A stretch of 50,986 bases of DNA, from IMG/VR virus record IMGVR_UViG_3300005805_000048. One strand, 5' to 3'. Source of the DNA: a virus. Below the pieces are notes generated by a model that saw nothing but the letters and a program-made list of their open reading frames with translations, was not told the origin of the DNA and made no database searches. Position numbers and translations under genes: made by a program. Numbering within the stretch: the stretch's first letter is position 1; the number at the start of each line of letters is the position of its first letter. Below, one piece after another: positions 23,295 through 37,378 of this stretch.

Positions 23295-26200
23295 ATGCCG
23301 ATGAACAAAGAGTCGTTTGATTATATTAAATCTACTTTTACCACTCAGCAGCAGATTAATGACTATATAAAAGAGATAGACTATCTCAAAACCAACGCGG
23401 CCATAGACAATCCAGTAACAGGTGCCCCCGCTTACGCTGCGCTTATCAATCTATTTACTAAATCTGGCGCAGAAGTAGACGCTGAAGGCGGAAGCCAAAC
23501 ATATCTAAATTCAAAATTACCATCTGCTAAAAAAATTATTCTCCCAGATAGAACAGATGAGTCATGGGTTTCTGTAAAAAAGATTTTAATAAAGAAATCT
23601 GTTCTTGCATTTGACTACAGTATAGATAATGTAACAGATACAAACATAAGAGAATACCTTAAAAAACATTTTGATAGTAGTCTTCCAGATCCAAAGTCTA
23701 ACATATCAATAGATGATCCAGTATTTGACAATGCGTGGAAAAAATACTACGAAAATATAGATAGCATTAATAGCATTTTTGGCTCACCGTACAACGGCGC
23801 CCAATCAGTTGCCCTTGCCTACGCCGATGCGGTGATAGGTAGACTAAAGACATTTAATATTTCTGCAGAAAAACCACCAGAAAAACCCGCAGATCAATCA
23901 GCAGAAACTCCGCAATATGTAGACGCGATGCCCGAAGCTGAAAGACTAGAAGCTTTAAGTATGTTTCTTGAAAACGCTGGCATGCTTGGTCCAGCTGGTG
24001 ATTCAACGGCAACATTGTTTGCAAGTATTCTAGAAAGAAATTCTCTTAATAATCCATCTGAATACGCAAATCAAACACGGAGATACATATAAACTTTTTG
24101 TTTCCGCCCTAGCTCCAGATTATGAAAAAATAAGAAATATTATACAAGATGAAAAGTTGTCCAAATCACTCTTTGACAAAATGGATAACTCTGGAATATT
24201 TGATCTCCTAATTCATATTGATGCGGTTAGAGCTTATGGCAGAAAAAGATTCGCCAATACAAACACCGTACAAAGGTCTGCAGCAAATCCGCTAGATAGC
24301 GCAAGAGACACCATTTGGTTGTCCGCACTAAGCACCGCTTTAGCTAATCTTTCTCGTGATCCAATTTTATTGGCAACAATGTATACGTATTTCCCAGACT
24401 TAACAAAATTCTTCTTTAACGCCCTAGCTCTCACCGCAGACTATTCAAATGACGGAAAGGGTGGCGGATCTGAAGATAGATTGAATGATCCACAGGAAAT
24501 CTTAAATGATTTGATGTCAGCGTTTGGGCAAAAAGATGGCGTAAACATTTTTGAAGGAGCTTGGGATTTAATAAACACTGGTCAAAGAATTGAAAAGGCG
24601 TTAAGAGAATTCCCATTTAGACAAAACATACCACCAGCAGCACCAGACATTTTTCATCTTCGCATAGGCGCATCAAACTTCTACGTACCGCCAATTAATA
24701 TCGATGTTCAAACGCAATTCAAGGTAAGTAGTTTAGGGGAGGGCGCTCTTCGTCAAAAAAACACACCCAAGTTTAATGCTGGCTATAAACACACAACGAT
24801 ATCAATGCAATTATTTTTTCCAAATTATGAAGAAATATGGGGAATCTCCATAGATGAAGCTTCTAAGATAAGACTAAAAGATAATTTTACGATAGATTTT
24901 AGTGGAGTCGGAGACAATGATGATAAAATTGATAAATTTCTTTCGTCACTAAGAGGCTTGGTTGCAGCTTTTAAGTACGCTCCATTTTTACCGGTTAGAA
25001 ATCAGTACCTTAATTCAGTTCACGGCATTACTGGAGTTGCTCTCCATAGCATGTCTATATCGACTATACCAAACTACCCATTTGCCTTAGTAGTTAATCT
25101 TGAGCTTTATAATTTCAATCACAAGCCATTTCTCCCTATGATTAATGATTTTAATCAAGCTGTTCATTGGGGTAAGTTCAGACAATACATGGGTAAAGCA
25201 GCTGGTGCTCTTCACAACTACATAAATGAAGAATTCTTAATGGTACAAGATGATCAGGGGGTAAGCGATCCTGTACAAAAAGCTCTAGACAAACAGTGGA
25301 TGTCTGACAGAAACGCTGCAAATCAACAAGACGGCCAATCTGATCAAGATGGTCTTATTGGCTACAAGAACGATATATTCACAACCAATGTTATTAGGGA
25401 GTGGACAAATGGAAGCAATATAACGTTTTATGTTCCGCAAGAAACTCAAACAAAAATATTTACCCCAGACTTATATGGGTTTGAAAACTCTGAACAGGAA
25501 CTATTGAGTGATACATCCAGATCTACATGGAACACACTCTTGTCTAATTTTGGAATTGATGTAAATGAATCAGCTGGATACGGTAGAAGTTTAGATTCGG
25601 TTATTACGACTTCAGTTGGAAACGTAGTTGAATACACAGTAAGACAGAAGATATTAGACAGCATTGATATTCTGACAGCTGGAATAAGTGCCGGCGATTT
25701 TCAAAAGAAAGCCTATGCATTTCTAATTGAAAGTTTTATAAGACAAAATTCTTCTCTTGATTCTGACAGAAAAAACTTCTTAAGGAATTTTTCAAATGAC
25801 GACAATCCCTATACGGAAACTAGCCAGCAGTACAGATTTGGATCTGTAATATTTAAAGATGAATCTTTATTGGATATTAAATTATTTTTTAGAAGCAAAG
25901 CCTTAAATGTAAATTCTTATCTAGATCTTCTTGTAGATGAGCAACTCCAAAGGTTGATAAGAAACGTAGGCGCTGACTGGTCTGACAAAAAGAAAGAAGA
26001 AGAAAGAGAAAAGATTAAAAAACAATATGGAGATGGTTACTCCGCATTAGTTTATGAAAGATTTTTTAGAGCTGGTCCAATAAGAGATTTGATGGAGGCC
26101 GCTAGACAAAGGGCTGGAAGTTTCCACTTAAGAGAGTGGGAAGTTCCAATGGTCAGAGTAGATATTGATCCAGCTTCTGCCATTGTGACAGACGTGTCAG

Positions 26201-29200
26201 TTTCTATGAGTAATAACATCATTCCATTGCAAGTTCAAATGCTGGAAGAGCCAACATACCAGCATGTTGGTGGTGGAGATAATTATATAAGTATTTCCTT
26301 GAAAGTTTTTGGAGAAAAAGAACTAATAAAGCTTAGAAAAATATTTGAGCACATTAACGGCCTTGCAAGACTCGAGCACGCTGCTGGCGTTGTCGGTTTT
26401 ATGGGAATAAAAAACATCGTTACAGCTCTTTCTGGAATAAAATATGTTCTTCCTCTTTCGTTTAATGTTTCTACAATACCTAATTTTCCACATGTTTATG
26501 ACGTCTCTTTGAGGCTAGTTGATTTTGATATTTTTCAGCAAAAAAGAGAAAAGCTTTCTTCAGATCAACAAAGAAAATTGGTTGAAGAATTTGGCACTAA
26601 GAAGAATCCATTCCTTAGAATTAAACAGCTTTGGGGAGCATTTAATGCGTATCCAGATTTTCCACTTGAACTCAGAAACAAAGACGGAGAAGTTGTTGGC
26701 TGCTTAGACCCAGATTTTTACTTTAGATCTTTTGAAATGTTGGATAAAGATGTTGTAAACAATATAACTACGAACAAGGGAAAGTTAGCTAAATTAGATA
26801 TAGGGCCAGTTGATTTACGCGGAAAAACAAAAATTGTTACACCCTATGGTGGAATGGAATATAAAAATGAAAATATTCTTTCAATATTTAAAGAGTATAT
26901 TAAAAAGAATGATTTAATTGGCCTTAAAAAATACACTACTACAACGCTTAATCTTAACGCATCCGAAACAGCTTCTTTTATAGCTGAAGCTTTAAAGACA
27001 GAAAAAAACGAAAAATTCCTTCTCGACTATGTAGATACTTTAGAGGAAAGCGATTTTCCTCAAGATTCAGTAGCCGATTCTTCTTTTAGAATCGTTTCTG
27101 GACAGTTAAAGCTTGGAGATATTAGCTCAAAAGACCCAGTATCAGCAGCTAAACTGCAAGCAGCCTTGACTGGAAAAATCAAAGAGGCCGAAGATGATAA
27201 GTATATAAGCTTTGATCCAGACGAGCTAGACGCTCATGCTATTATACACACGTTCCCTGCAGTAGAAAATCCAAATGATTCAAAAATTCCTTCAATCATG
27301 CAGACCGCAGACGGATATCAGTTTGGATATATCGATAAAGTAAATGGTAAATTCTATTTGACAATTGATGATATAGCTGTTAAGAAAGACGCGTCAGTAA
27401 ACTATATAGGAATTACTGATATACAAACTCCAGATAGAGGAACCACAAAGAGTTTAACCGGAGTTCCTGGCGCATCAGCTTTGTCCGATTATCAGTATGC
27501 TTTTTCGTCTGGAGATTCTTCCAAGCCGCAAACCATGCAAAATGCAAACAATGCTAAATCAACCAGTGAACACTGGGAGAAGATGATGATGGATACATCA
27601 TACAGGGATATATCTGGAAGAATGGTAAGAGCATTCCCAACCTATATGCTCTGGTTGATATCGGAAAGAACATTTGCCGGAACAAAATTATTTGATAATT
27701 TCTACGGTTTACAATCAATAATAGATTTTTCTATAGTATCATCCGAAGATATATTGGGAGATACTCTGGTGTTTAGAGTTTCAAATATGTATTCAAAACT
27801 CTCCACAAAAGAAATGACGGCTATTTTCAATGGAGGAATTGGTGAGCAGGAGTCTAAGCCTGGAATTGATAAACTCTCCCTTACTGATGGCTTAGAGTCA
27901 GTTATCGACCGAACACTAAATACAGCAAGAAACATGCTGGGACACATGGAGTCTCAGTATATTGTTGATATAGAAAATATAAGATTAAAGCCTGGTGTTA
28001 GAGTACACTTAAGAGTTGGTTATGGCTCTAACCCCAATTCACTTCAAACAGTTTTTAATGGAGTAATAACCGAAGTTGAGTTGGGTGAAGTGGTAACAGT
28101 AACATGCCAATCAGACGCCATAGAGTTAAGCCCAGTTGTTAACTCGGTAGATAAAAAGGGTGACAGTGGAAAAATTGACGGTGGATTAAATACTGGATTG
28201 TATCTTTCTGAGCCAAGAGATTTAATGGTGAGACTGTTATCAATGGGTAGTTCTAGAGTAAGAGAAGCCTTTGCTTATGCGACTAGAGGAATGATATTTT
28301 CAGAAAATAAATTTCGGAATCAAACACTTTGGCATGATGCCATATGAGGCATTAAACGAAATTGAATACAACAGAAATCTGGGAATTAGAAATGCAGTTA
28401 GCGATACACTATTGGCAATAGGCAGTTCGGGCGGAGATGGTCCAATAAGCGCAGCTGCTGGTATGACTACAGCTGGCATATCTCAGGTAGCAGGAGCATT
28501 AAACCCATTTGGCAATAATGCCAACCAAACCGGAATTTCAATCGGTTCTAATTTTAGAATACCAACCCTTGGGTACATGAGAACAATGTGGGCAAACTTC
28601 GCTGCCCAAAGAGATTTAGAAATCTTTAAAAGAAATATATATCCAGGTAACGGAACCGGAGTCGCCCAATTTTTGGGCGGAGATCTAGGCGACGGTTGGT
28701 CCAACGCAGCAACATTAACTCCAGAAGATAACCCCAATCCAAGACTGCACTATCTTGATAGATTAACTGATGCTTCTTGGAACGACCTGTTAAGAAGATA
28801 TGATAGGGGAGATAGCGCAGCTTCTGCTGCAATAGACGTAGCAAATGCCGGTAAAGAATCTAGATCTAGCGGTGGGCTGGCATCTGTCATTTTAAGCGGC
28901 ACATTGTTGGCCGCTGGTGCAGGACTAGCTGTTGGAACTGGCGGATTAGCGCTTCCTGTAATAGGCGCAACAACAGCAGCATTTGGTGGAGCCACTTTAC
29001 TTGGTTCTCTCTCTGGTCGTGGTGGAGCCAATATATTCCAGACTCTTGGATTAATTAGCACACTCGATGACGACATGCCGGGCTTTGATGAGGTTTCGTT
29101 TAGGGCACAAACTTACATGAAAACAGTTTGGGATATGTTCCAACTTTGCGCTCGACTACTACCAAACTACATAGTTGCAGTTCGCCCGTTTGAAGATAGA

Positions 29201-32200
29201 TCAACAATATTTTACGGAAAACCACATTGGCTCTACACTTCTGCCGTAGTCCCAATAACCACCGGTTTTCCTTCAGAAAAGAAAGCTGTTGAACTTGGGT
29301 TAAAGACCCCATCCTACAGAAGCCCTGACGCAGAACTTCTAGATTTGTTGAATAAAGTAAATCAATCTTCTAATCCAACAGCGGACTACGAGGCATTTAG
29401 AACAATACAGAGCCCACTGCTTAGTCTTGAAGCAATAGCTAGAGATCAATCTGCAGCGTCCAGCATATATGCTCCAGCAGGTGTTCTTAAGGGTAGAGTA
29501 ATAAATCTTACTGATCCAAAACGCCTGCAGTATCTCGATGGTGAAAAAAAGAAAGTTGTTTCAGAAATTCCCACAAATAAAGGATATGCAACAGTCGGTT
29601 TTCACTTACCAATTTCTTCTGATAAAGATAAAATACAAATAAGTGTTACCGATCTGCAAAATGTGCACCAAGAAATACCCCAAATGCCATTGAGATATTC
29701 GTTTCCGTATTTCACCGACAGAGCCGCCGGTGCGGTACTGCTTGATTACTCATTCTATGCGTTATCAAAAGACAGAGATATAAAAAATGCCACTGTAGAA
29801 AGTGGAGGAACAGACTGGAAAAAATTATTTAAAGACGAAAACTATATTGGCCTTTTGGCGTATGAGGCTCAGTTGGTGGGAACAACAAATCTTGTTGACG
29901 TAATACCCGGATCTGAAAGTTCTAGTTCATTTTCTATAAAATTAGATGCAATTTCGTTTACAAATTCTCTTGATAAAAATACTCTTTTAAATCCAGAAAA
30001 TTCTATATTTGATCTTGTCCAATCTACAAGCGATCCAAATCTTAAGAACTTTGTGCGCATGCCACTTCCGTCAATGAAAAATGAAGTTACAAAAGTAACA
30101 GAAAAACTTGAGGGTACTTGGGAATATGAATATATTAATCAGTCAAAGATTATTGCAAAGAGTAAGTATAGTTACAGAGACTGGGGCTGCCCAGAAACTG
30201 CGATAGACGAACAGTTCTACATAGCAATGAGATGGCCATACGATATTTCTGGTGGCGATGTTGATGACGAATTGTTTAAAAAGTTTAAAGAAAAATATTT
30301 TAAAGATAGAAAAGACAATGAATTTTACGGAAGTGTATCAGAGTACAAAAAGAGAAAAGTTTTAGTTTATAGTCCGATAACCAGAACCGCAGTTGTTTGC
30401 AAGCCAGCATACTTTATGTGGGGTAAAGATGATGGAGTTGACAAAGCAAATGTCAGCGACAGGGATAATTCCTACTTTGAGGCAACCACAATATCTGCAG
30501 TAGTTTCACCCGATGCCGCGTATTACCTTGGTATAATGCACCTCGGTCCAACAGAGCAAATAGCAAGTGGTGGCGGCGGATACCAGGCATTGGTAAATAA
30601 ATTCGATAATGATACGGCTGAAAAAGCAGCAGCATCATTGGCAAAAGCCGGGCTTGCACCAGTGCCTCAGCCAAGAGAATGTTATTACACATTTGTCGAT
30701 GACGATATTCCACTTGGTGTTGTTACAACAATGTACAATCCCGCGAATGAGTTTAGCCTTACTGACGAAGCTAAATCCGTTTTTGGTGATTCTTCTGTAG
30801 TCATTGGTTTTGGAAGATTTGACGCCTCGCAAGTAAAAGATAAAAAAATGATGGCAGAGATTTTGAATACAGGCTCACTTTATAGATCAAGGCAAATAGC
30901 CGGATCTGCCGATTCAATGGAAAGACAAATAGAAGCATTAAACTCTAATCCAAATAATCCCCTGAACAGCATATTCACAGAACTTGCTCCCGTTGGCGGA
31001 GTTAACCTACTTACTGACGGGGATTTTGCTATAGCCGCAGCAAGGGGTGCTAACGTCCTACCATCGGCAAATGGCAATGACGGATACTTTGATTTAATCT
31101 TAGCAGCAAAATATGATAAGCTGTCAAAAGATACACTTTGGGATATTTTAGATAACGAACTACCAACAACCGGTGACTCGGGTACTGCATCTGGTAGAGT
31201 CCAGTACGCTGCAGTTTATGATCCCTTAGATGAAACATCAAGACAAGCTAGATCTTTTTACGATGAGGGATATGACTCCTCAACACACGTTATAGCTGGA
31301 GACGGTAGAACGCTGGCTCAAGCAAACGATGTATGGGACCAGTTTAGATTTGGCTATCACAATTATGAGTCTGTTAAAAAGATTTTCTTTGATGCGTTTG
31401 GCCTGGATCCAGATGATGACACTCCAATTCCAGAAGCAATTATGCAAGTTATAAAAAATCCGAATTCAAATCCAGAGATTCTTAAAAAGTATTCTTCTTC
31501 CAACAACAGTGCTATTGATGAGTTCAGCTTATTGCTAGGAAGTGATTTTGTTAATCAAAAAGCACGTCCAGAATACAACGTTACACCATACGGTGCGTCA
31601 GTTAAAAAAGACGCAAATAATCAAATAATATTTAGTAAACAGGTAGCAGATGCAATTGAGTATTCAAGAAGAAACTTAATCGACGCCTCACTAGATCAAG
31701 GTGGTCTAATAAATTACTTTAACAGTTTGATTATATCAAAATATAAACAATTAGGTAAGTTCTTTCAAAATGCAAGTAACGTAAGTCTTATTGTTGGTCA
31801 GACTGTCGGCGGCGGCTTAATAAAGTTTTCTGATTTATTAAACAAAACTCAAACAAAGTCACTTAGCGCAAAGCAGCTTTTCCTGCTTATTGTTGGATTA
31901 TTTAGACAAGCAATGTGGCAAGATCCATACTCAAGAGCTTGGTTGGTGTTAAAGCCATCTAGAAAAATTGGAATTGGACTTGGAAGCTGGGGAGACGAAT
32001 GGGATTTCCATTCAGTTGACAAAATATTTGCAGCGTTTATCGATCCAAACCAGAACTATTCTTCAGATAAGAAAAAATTTCTAAAACTATTAGCTGACAA
32101 TAAAGGCGAAGGAAACAGTGCAACAAACTTTATTGGTGTATTAAGTCATAATGTTGATAGCTTCTGGGACTCAAACATTGGTCCACTTTTCACAGCTTTA

Positions 32201-34612
32201 AGCGATGGGTTATCTGGTTTAATGAACATGTTCAGAATATCCATGATGCAGATGGGTTACCAATTATCAGAAGTAGATAATTTTGCTAAGCAAGCGAACG
32301 TTTTAAATAAAGTTCTCAATGACTCAATATACTATTCAATGGGTAGACCTGGTTCTATTTTAAGAGCAGTAGACAATCCATTTACCAGAGAGTATGGAGA
32401 ACCAGTTGTTGAAGTTAGAGAGCCATTCCAAAGAATGCACTACATTAGTTCTTTTTCAACAATCTTAAATAACAACATACAAGAAACGACAACCAGTGTT
32501 GCAACCTCTGTAACTGCAGTTTCTGATGGTAAATACCCGGTTACTGTTGCTCTCGACAAGAGTATCCCTTCCGAAAGACAGGTAGAAAAAACGGTAGAAA
32601 CAGGACTGTATTTTGACAATTTGTTTGGTTCTGGCTTAACTGGATTAATACACCCATTGGTAAATCCAATTGAATTTTCTAGAAGCGCAATAAAAACAAC
32701 TCAGGGAGCACCAGATGAGTTGATGGCAAGAAGAGTCGCATTAGCGCATCTTAGGGAGTCGTTGAAAGATATTTATTCTGGAGAACTGATTGTATTGGGC
32801 AGCGCGGATATACGACCGCACGATTTGGTTTACTTGGCTGATGTTTATGAAAGAATGTATGGAATTTTTGAAGTAGAGCAAGTAGTGCATCACTTTACTC
32901 CAAATATGGGTTTTGTTACCTCTATTACGCCTAATGCATTTGTTACTGTAAATGACCCAGCAAGATGGTTCATGTCTTCGTGGATGCACTCTTGGTTCTC
33001 TATACAAAACATCAGAAATGATACAAGAATGATAATGAATTCCGTACAAGCTGGTAGCACTGGAGTTCTTTCAAATGGTAATATATCCGTTGACGGCATA
33101 GCCCAGTCGCTTAGGTCACAGATGCTTGGAGGAGTTCAGTTTACCCATGGATCTAGCGCATTAAGCAAAGATATAATGGCAAACTTTACGGCAGAAGGTC
33201 TCTTTGACGCAAGAAGCCAAATAGAAAAACAACTTAAAAATAACGCAGACGCAAATGTTAGTTTGACCGGCCTAGCTGCGATGTATGCAACAACTACACT
33301 TGGTTCAGCTGCAATTGGAGCCCTGGTAGCAGGACCAGTCGGAGCTGGAATATCAGCCGCAATAGCTACTGATTTAATGTGGAAAGGTTGGAAGTGGGTG
33401 AGAGACAACGTGTTGGATCAACATGGTTGTTATATCTCTTATCTAAACAGAAATGGGCAACCAATGGACGCGGGCCTTTCAATAAATCAGGGAATGGTTG
33501 TTGGCAGATATCACACTAAGCGACTGCTTCCAGGAATACTCGGTGTTCGTTCTAAGCTCAGAACAGTTGAAGGTAAGGACGTGGTTACCTACGACGAAAT
33601 GCTTAAGAGCATTGGCTATAGAGAGAAACAAGTTTCAGAACTAGTAAGACATATAAGTTTGGAGAATGCTCTTGTAAATGCAGAAGTGCTAAAGTATTCC
33701 GGAACTAGTCCAGATAGAGCTGGATTTAATCAATTCTTCAAAGTATTATGTAAACTTAATAGAGTTATTGATGGTGATGAGATAGAGGTTGTAGATTTAT
33801 TAAACCCAACAGGATCTCCGTTTAAAGTAAGACTAGAGGGAATTATAGCATCGAACCTGGGAGTTTTTCAGGGTTATATTAACGAAACATCAGTGCAAGG
33901 AGTTAATGTTGATTCTCCTGGTGCACAGGCTTCATTGTTCGTTTACGAAAAACTATCAGAAACTCCTTTTGTAATTCGAATATCTCCGAATGATCTTTCC
34001 GCATCGTCTATCTACACTGAAGATGATGTTTCACCTGGATCAAATCTTAATAATACTCGCAGTTATTTAAAGGGTAAATATTATGGTGATCAAGAGGCTG
34101 AGAAATCATTAGGAACAGTTTTTTATAGAATTATAGAAAAAGATATAGAAAATATAGTTTTACAGATTAGGGGTTTTTTCCTGCAAAATCAATCGTCTAC
34201 TTTAGATGCAATGAAGCAAGCCTTTAAAAATCAAATCTATGATCAATCAATCCTGCATAAAAAGTTTGATACAATATATTCATCCATATATACATCAACA
34301 GTGAAAGAATACTTTGAGGTTACTGGATCTTCGGATCCTCTTATTGATTTATCAAATGAAAAAATAAAGATGTTTAATACATTGGTAAGTTTTAAAATAA
34401 TGGAAACTCTGTACTCCAAAGCTTCAGAATGGCCATATGTCGGCTGGGATGAGTACTATGACGATGGCGGCGCTGCTACCCTAAACTGGGAGCTTGTAAC
34501 AAACAACTTGGCTCAAGTGTACACTGTTGATTTATTAAGAAGTAGACCCGCTGAAATAGGTTTAGATGATCAGATACCAACTCCAAAATACATTGAACAA
34601 AGATCAGGGTAA
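23295..34612 (+). CDS. giant baseplate hub / tail-tip protein (about 3771 aa; +1 shifts at 24078 and 28315)
   Basis: Joins ORFs 23295-24092, 24157-28347 and 28334-34612. gp27/GpD-like hub motifs: LKPGVRVHLRVGYGSN...VFNGVITEV (~27985-28130) and GELIVLGSADIRPHDLVYL...FEVEQVVHHF (~32770-32935). SNase-like C-terminus. Confidence 0.65.
24078..24081 (+). other. +1 recoding site CGGA
   Basis: ACA c GGA GAT; enters the frame of ORF 24157. Confidence 0.75.
28315..28318 (+). other. +1 recoding site CGGA
   Basis: TTT c GGA ATC (ENKF-G-IKHFG); enters the frame of ORF 28334. Confidence 0.75.
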
Positions 34613-34617
34613 TTACC

Positions 34618-37364
34618 ATGGATGAATTTGGCTTAACACTAGATGATTTTGATAACTCCAAGTCCTTCACCGCTAAAATAGCAGATGGATTTAACCCAGG
34701 TGGAAGTAGTAGTTTAGTTACCTCCGCGTCAAAAGAAAAGTATGTCAATCAATCTTTAACGTCCAGAGATGTTGTAGATATCATGGCTGGACGGAGCTCT
34801 CTCTAGAAACCCAGCTACATTAATGGATCTTAATAATAAATTTGTTCAATCATCTCTTCATGGAGTTTTAACCGCAGGAGCTAAGTATGAGGGTTTTGAG
34901 ATTCGCAATCCAGACTATCAGGGTAATGAGGGGGAAAAAGAGTTTTTGACTGGTTCAGAGGCTTATATGAAAACAGTATCTCAATCAATGATGGGAACAG
35001 GACTTTCGCCAGCAAAAATGCCCAACCCAATTCTAGAAAAAATGTTAGGTGAAAGTCTAAAAAATCAATCAGTTTCTTACGTTGGTGAATCAAATGGCGC
35101 AATGTACAAGCATGGGCAAACAACATATGAGCTTAAGAAAGACGCTCCATCATTAGGCGCTCGACCTATAGCGGCAATAGAGGAGCTCTCTGAGGATGAG
35201 TCAGAAATTTATCTAGAAAGAGGAAGACAGCTCTATTCAAGAATATCTGAAAATGCACTAACGCTTGGATTTGATTTTGATATACCAGACAGTCTAACTT
35301 CTTATAAATTTTCGCAAACTCAATCGTATTTCCAAGATGTTGGAGAACTAACGCGGAGTAGATCCGGCATTGATAAGCGCTCCAACAAAAAGGGCTTACA
35401 TCTGCGCCGCTTTAATAGAATGTCTTTTGATGTTGACAGATCCATCTAAGGGAGTGCAGGTAAAGGGGAGATTTGGTTTAAAGAGAAATATTATTTCCGA
35501 AGATGATGCATCTCAAAGAAACTTAAATCCTAGCGCCGGCTTAGATGCAAATAACACAAATACAATTTCAGATCACGCATTTGGTAGAGCGTTTGACATA
35601 GATGCTTTGGGATCTTTTTCAAACTTTGGAAAGTCAAAAGAACACTATGCGTCTTCGCTACATTATGTTTTATCAAGACTAAATTCTCTTCCACTCCAAT
35701 TAATACCTGATTTAATCGTGATTAGTCCGGATGTCGCAAAAGACCTTGGAGTTGGAGAAGGATTTGAATCCGAAAGCACCGCAATCAAAACATTGTATCC
35801 GCAATTAAGATATGTTAACTTTGAGTCAAGTGATCACCACAAAGATAATATACATATTAGTTTTAGTCCCAACAGAGCTGGTCAGTACATAGGTTCTCCT
35901 GGTTGGACTTCTATCTCGACTTCTCAAGATTCTGGATCTGTAGTTGCACTTAATACTGAGGAAGATAAATCCGAAGCTAGAAAAAAAGCCTACGCAAATT
36001 ATAAATCCGGAGGACCAGAGATAACATTAAACGAATTGTTTTTAATGTTAACAGTAGAGGGTCCATTTAGTGAAGAAGTCGCAGCAGTAATGTGCGCAGT
36101 AGCAGCTAGGGAAAGTGTTGGTAAGCCTTCATCGTTTAACGGTATTTGCAGTGAAACTCAATCATCTTGGGGTGGAGATTATTCGATTGGCTCTTTTCAG
36201 TTTAATTTAATAGCGCTTATGAATAAGTTAAATAATTTTTCCACTAATGTTCCCATATATTATGATGGTTCAAAGGTAGACCCAAAAACTTACCCAGCAC
36301 ACGAACTCGCTTATGCTCCTGGAAAAGCTTTGGGATGGGATTCTAACGCAACTGGAAAAAAAATGGTCGAACTTCAGAACAATGGTAAAGCTGACACGGA
36401 CGATAAGTTGTGGTATCCAATTAATCAAGTTTGGATGTTAATGACGAAATGGGGAAGAAAAGACTTTAAAAACGAATCAAAAATAACCACATCAAATGGT
36501 TTTTTTGCTTGGGGAGATTACAACAACAATGATGGTACTCCAAGGTCTGAGTGCGGTTTTATTTTTAAAACAAAATTTCAAGACGCCGTTAACGTGTACC
36601 TAACATCTGGAAAGCCAATTGATAACCTTACTTCGTGGGTAAGATCTAATTTACCCAAAGCAAATCCAAGAACAAAAGATTATATTGAGGGTTGGATGAA
36701 CGGTGAAGTCTATCGTGATAAGAAAGTAGATGGATTACTAAAAGATGAAGCTAATAGTAAGCCAATAGTTTATGGGCAAGTTAACACTTCTGAAACATCA
36801 CCAGGTTCTGGTAACGAAAATGCGTCAGCAACATTTAGCAGGACACAAATACTGGATGCCGCCAATTGGCTAAAAGCCAATAGGGCAGACCAGTGGGTTA
36901 AAAAATACAGACAAGATTTGATAGAAAACGGCAAAGCAAATATTCAGTGTGATAGATTTGCAAGAGTTCTTTCTGCATCTATAGGCTTATTCGGAGCAGC
37001 TGAAACCAATTTAACTACTCAACCGTGGGAGGGTGAATCGTTTACAAAAACCATTCCCACCGCCACTCTTTCTAATTTTGAAACAGCAGGAGCACACTGG
37101 AATCATATTATTGATAAGGGAACACAAAATAAACACTGGTATGCAGCCGAGTCTGAAACCGGAAAAAATCCACCAGCTGGTTATTTGGTATTTTGGACTG
37201 GCGGAAAAGATGAATATGGTCACGTAGGTGTATCGGTCGGCGGTGGAGAATATGTAGATCAACACACCAGCGGCGATAGGCCAAGCCCAAGGAAGATAGA
37301 TTTTTCTACTTTTCCAGGGTCTCAGTATACGTATGCTGGCTGCTCCAGTGTATGGTCTGTTTAA
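34618..37364 (+). CDS. tail-associated peptidoglycan hydrolase: M15-like peptidase + lytic transglycosylase + CHAP/NlpC-like (about 914 aa; +1 shifts at 34792 and 35354)
   Basis: SDHAFGRAFD...HKDNIHISF (M15-type Zn site); AARES...YSIGSFQFN (SLT/lysozyme-like); QCDRF...PPAGYLVFW...YGHVGVSVG (Cys-His dyad). Confidence 0.75.
34792..34795 (+). other. +1 recoding site CGGA
   Basis: GGA c GGA GCT; enters the frame of ORF 34823. Confidence 0.75.
35354..35357 (+). other. +1 recoding site CGGA
   Basis: ACG c GGA GTA; enters the frame of ORF 35370. Confidence 0.75.
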
Positions 37365-37378
37365 GATTGGAGAAATAG

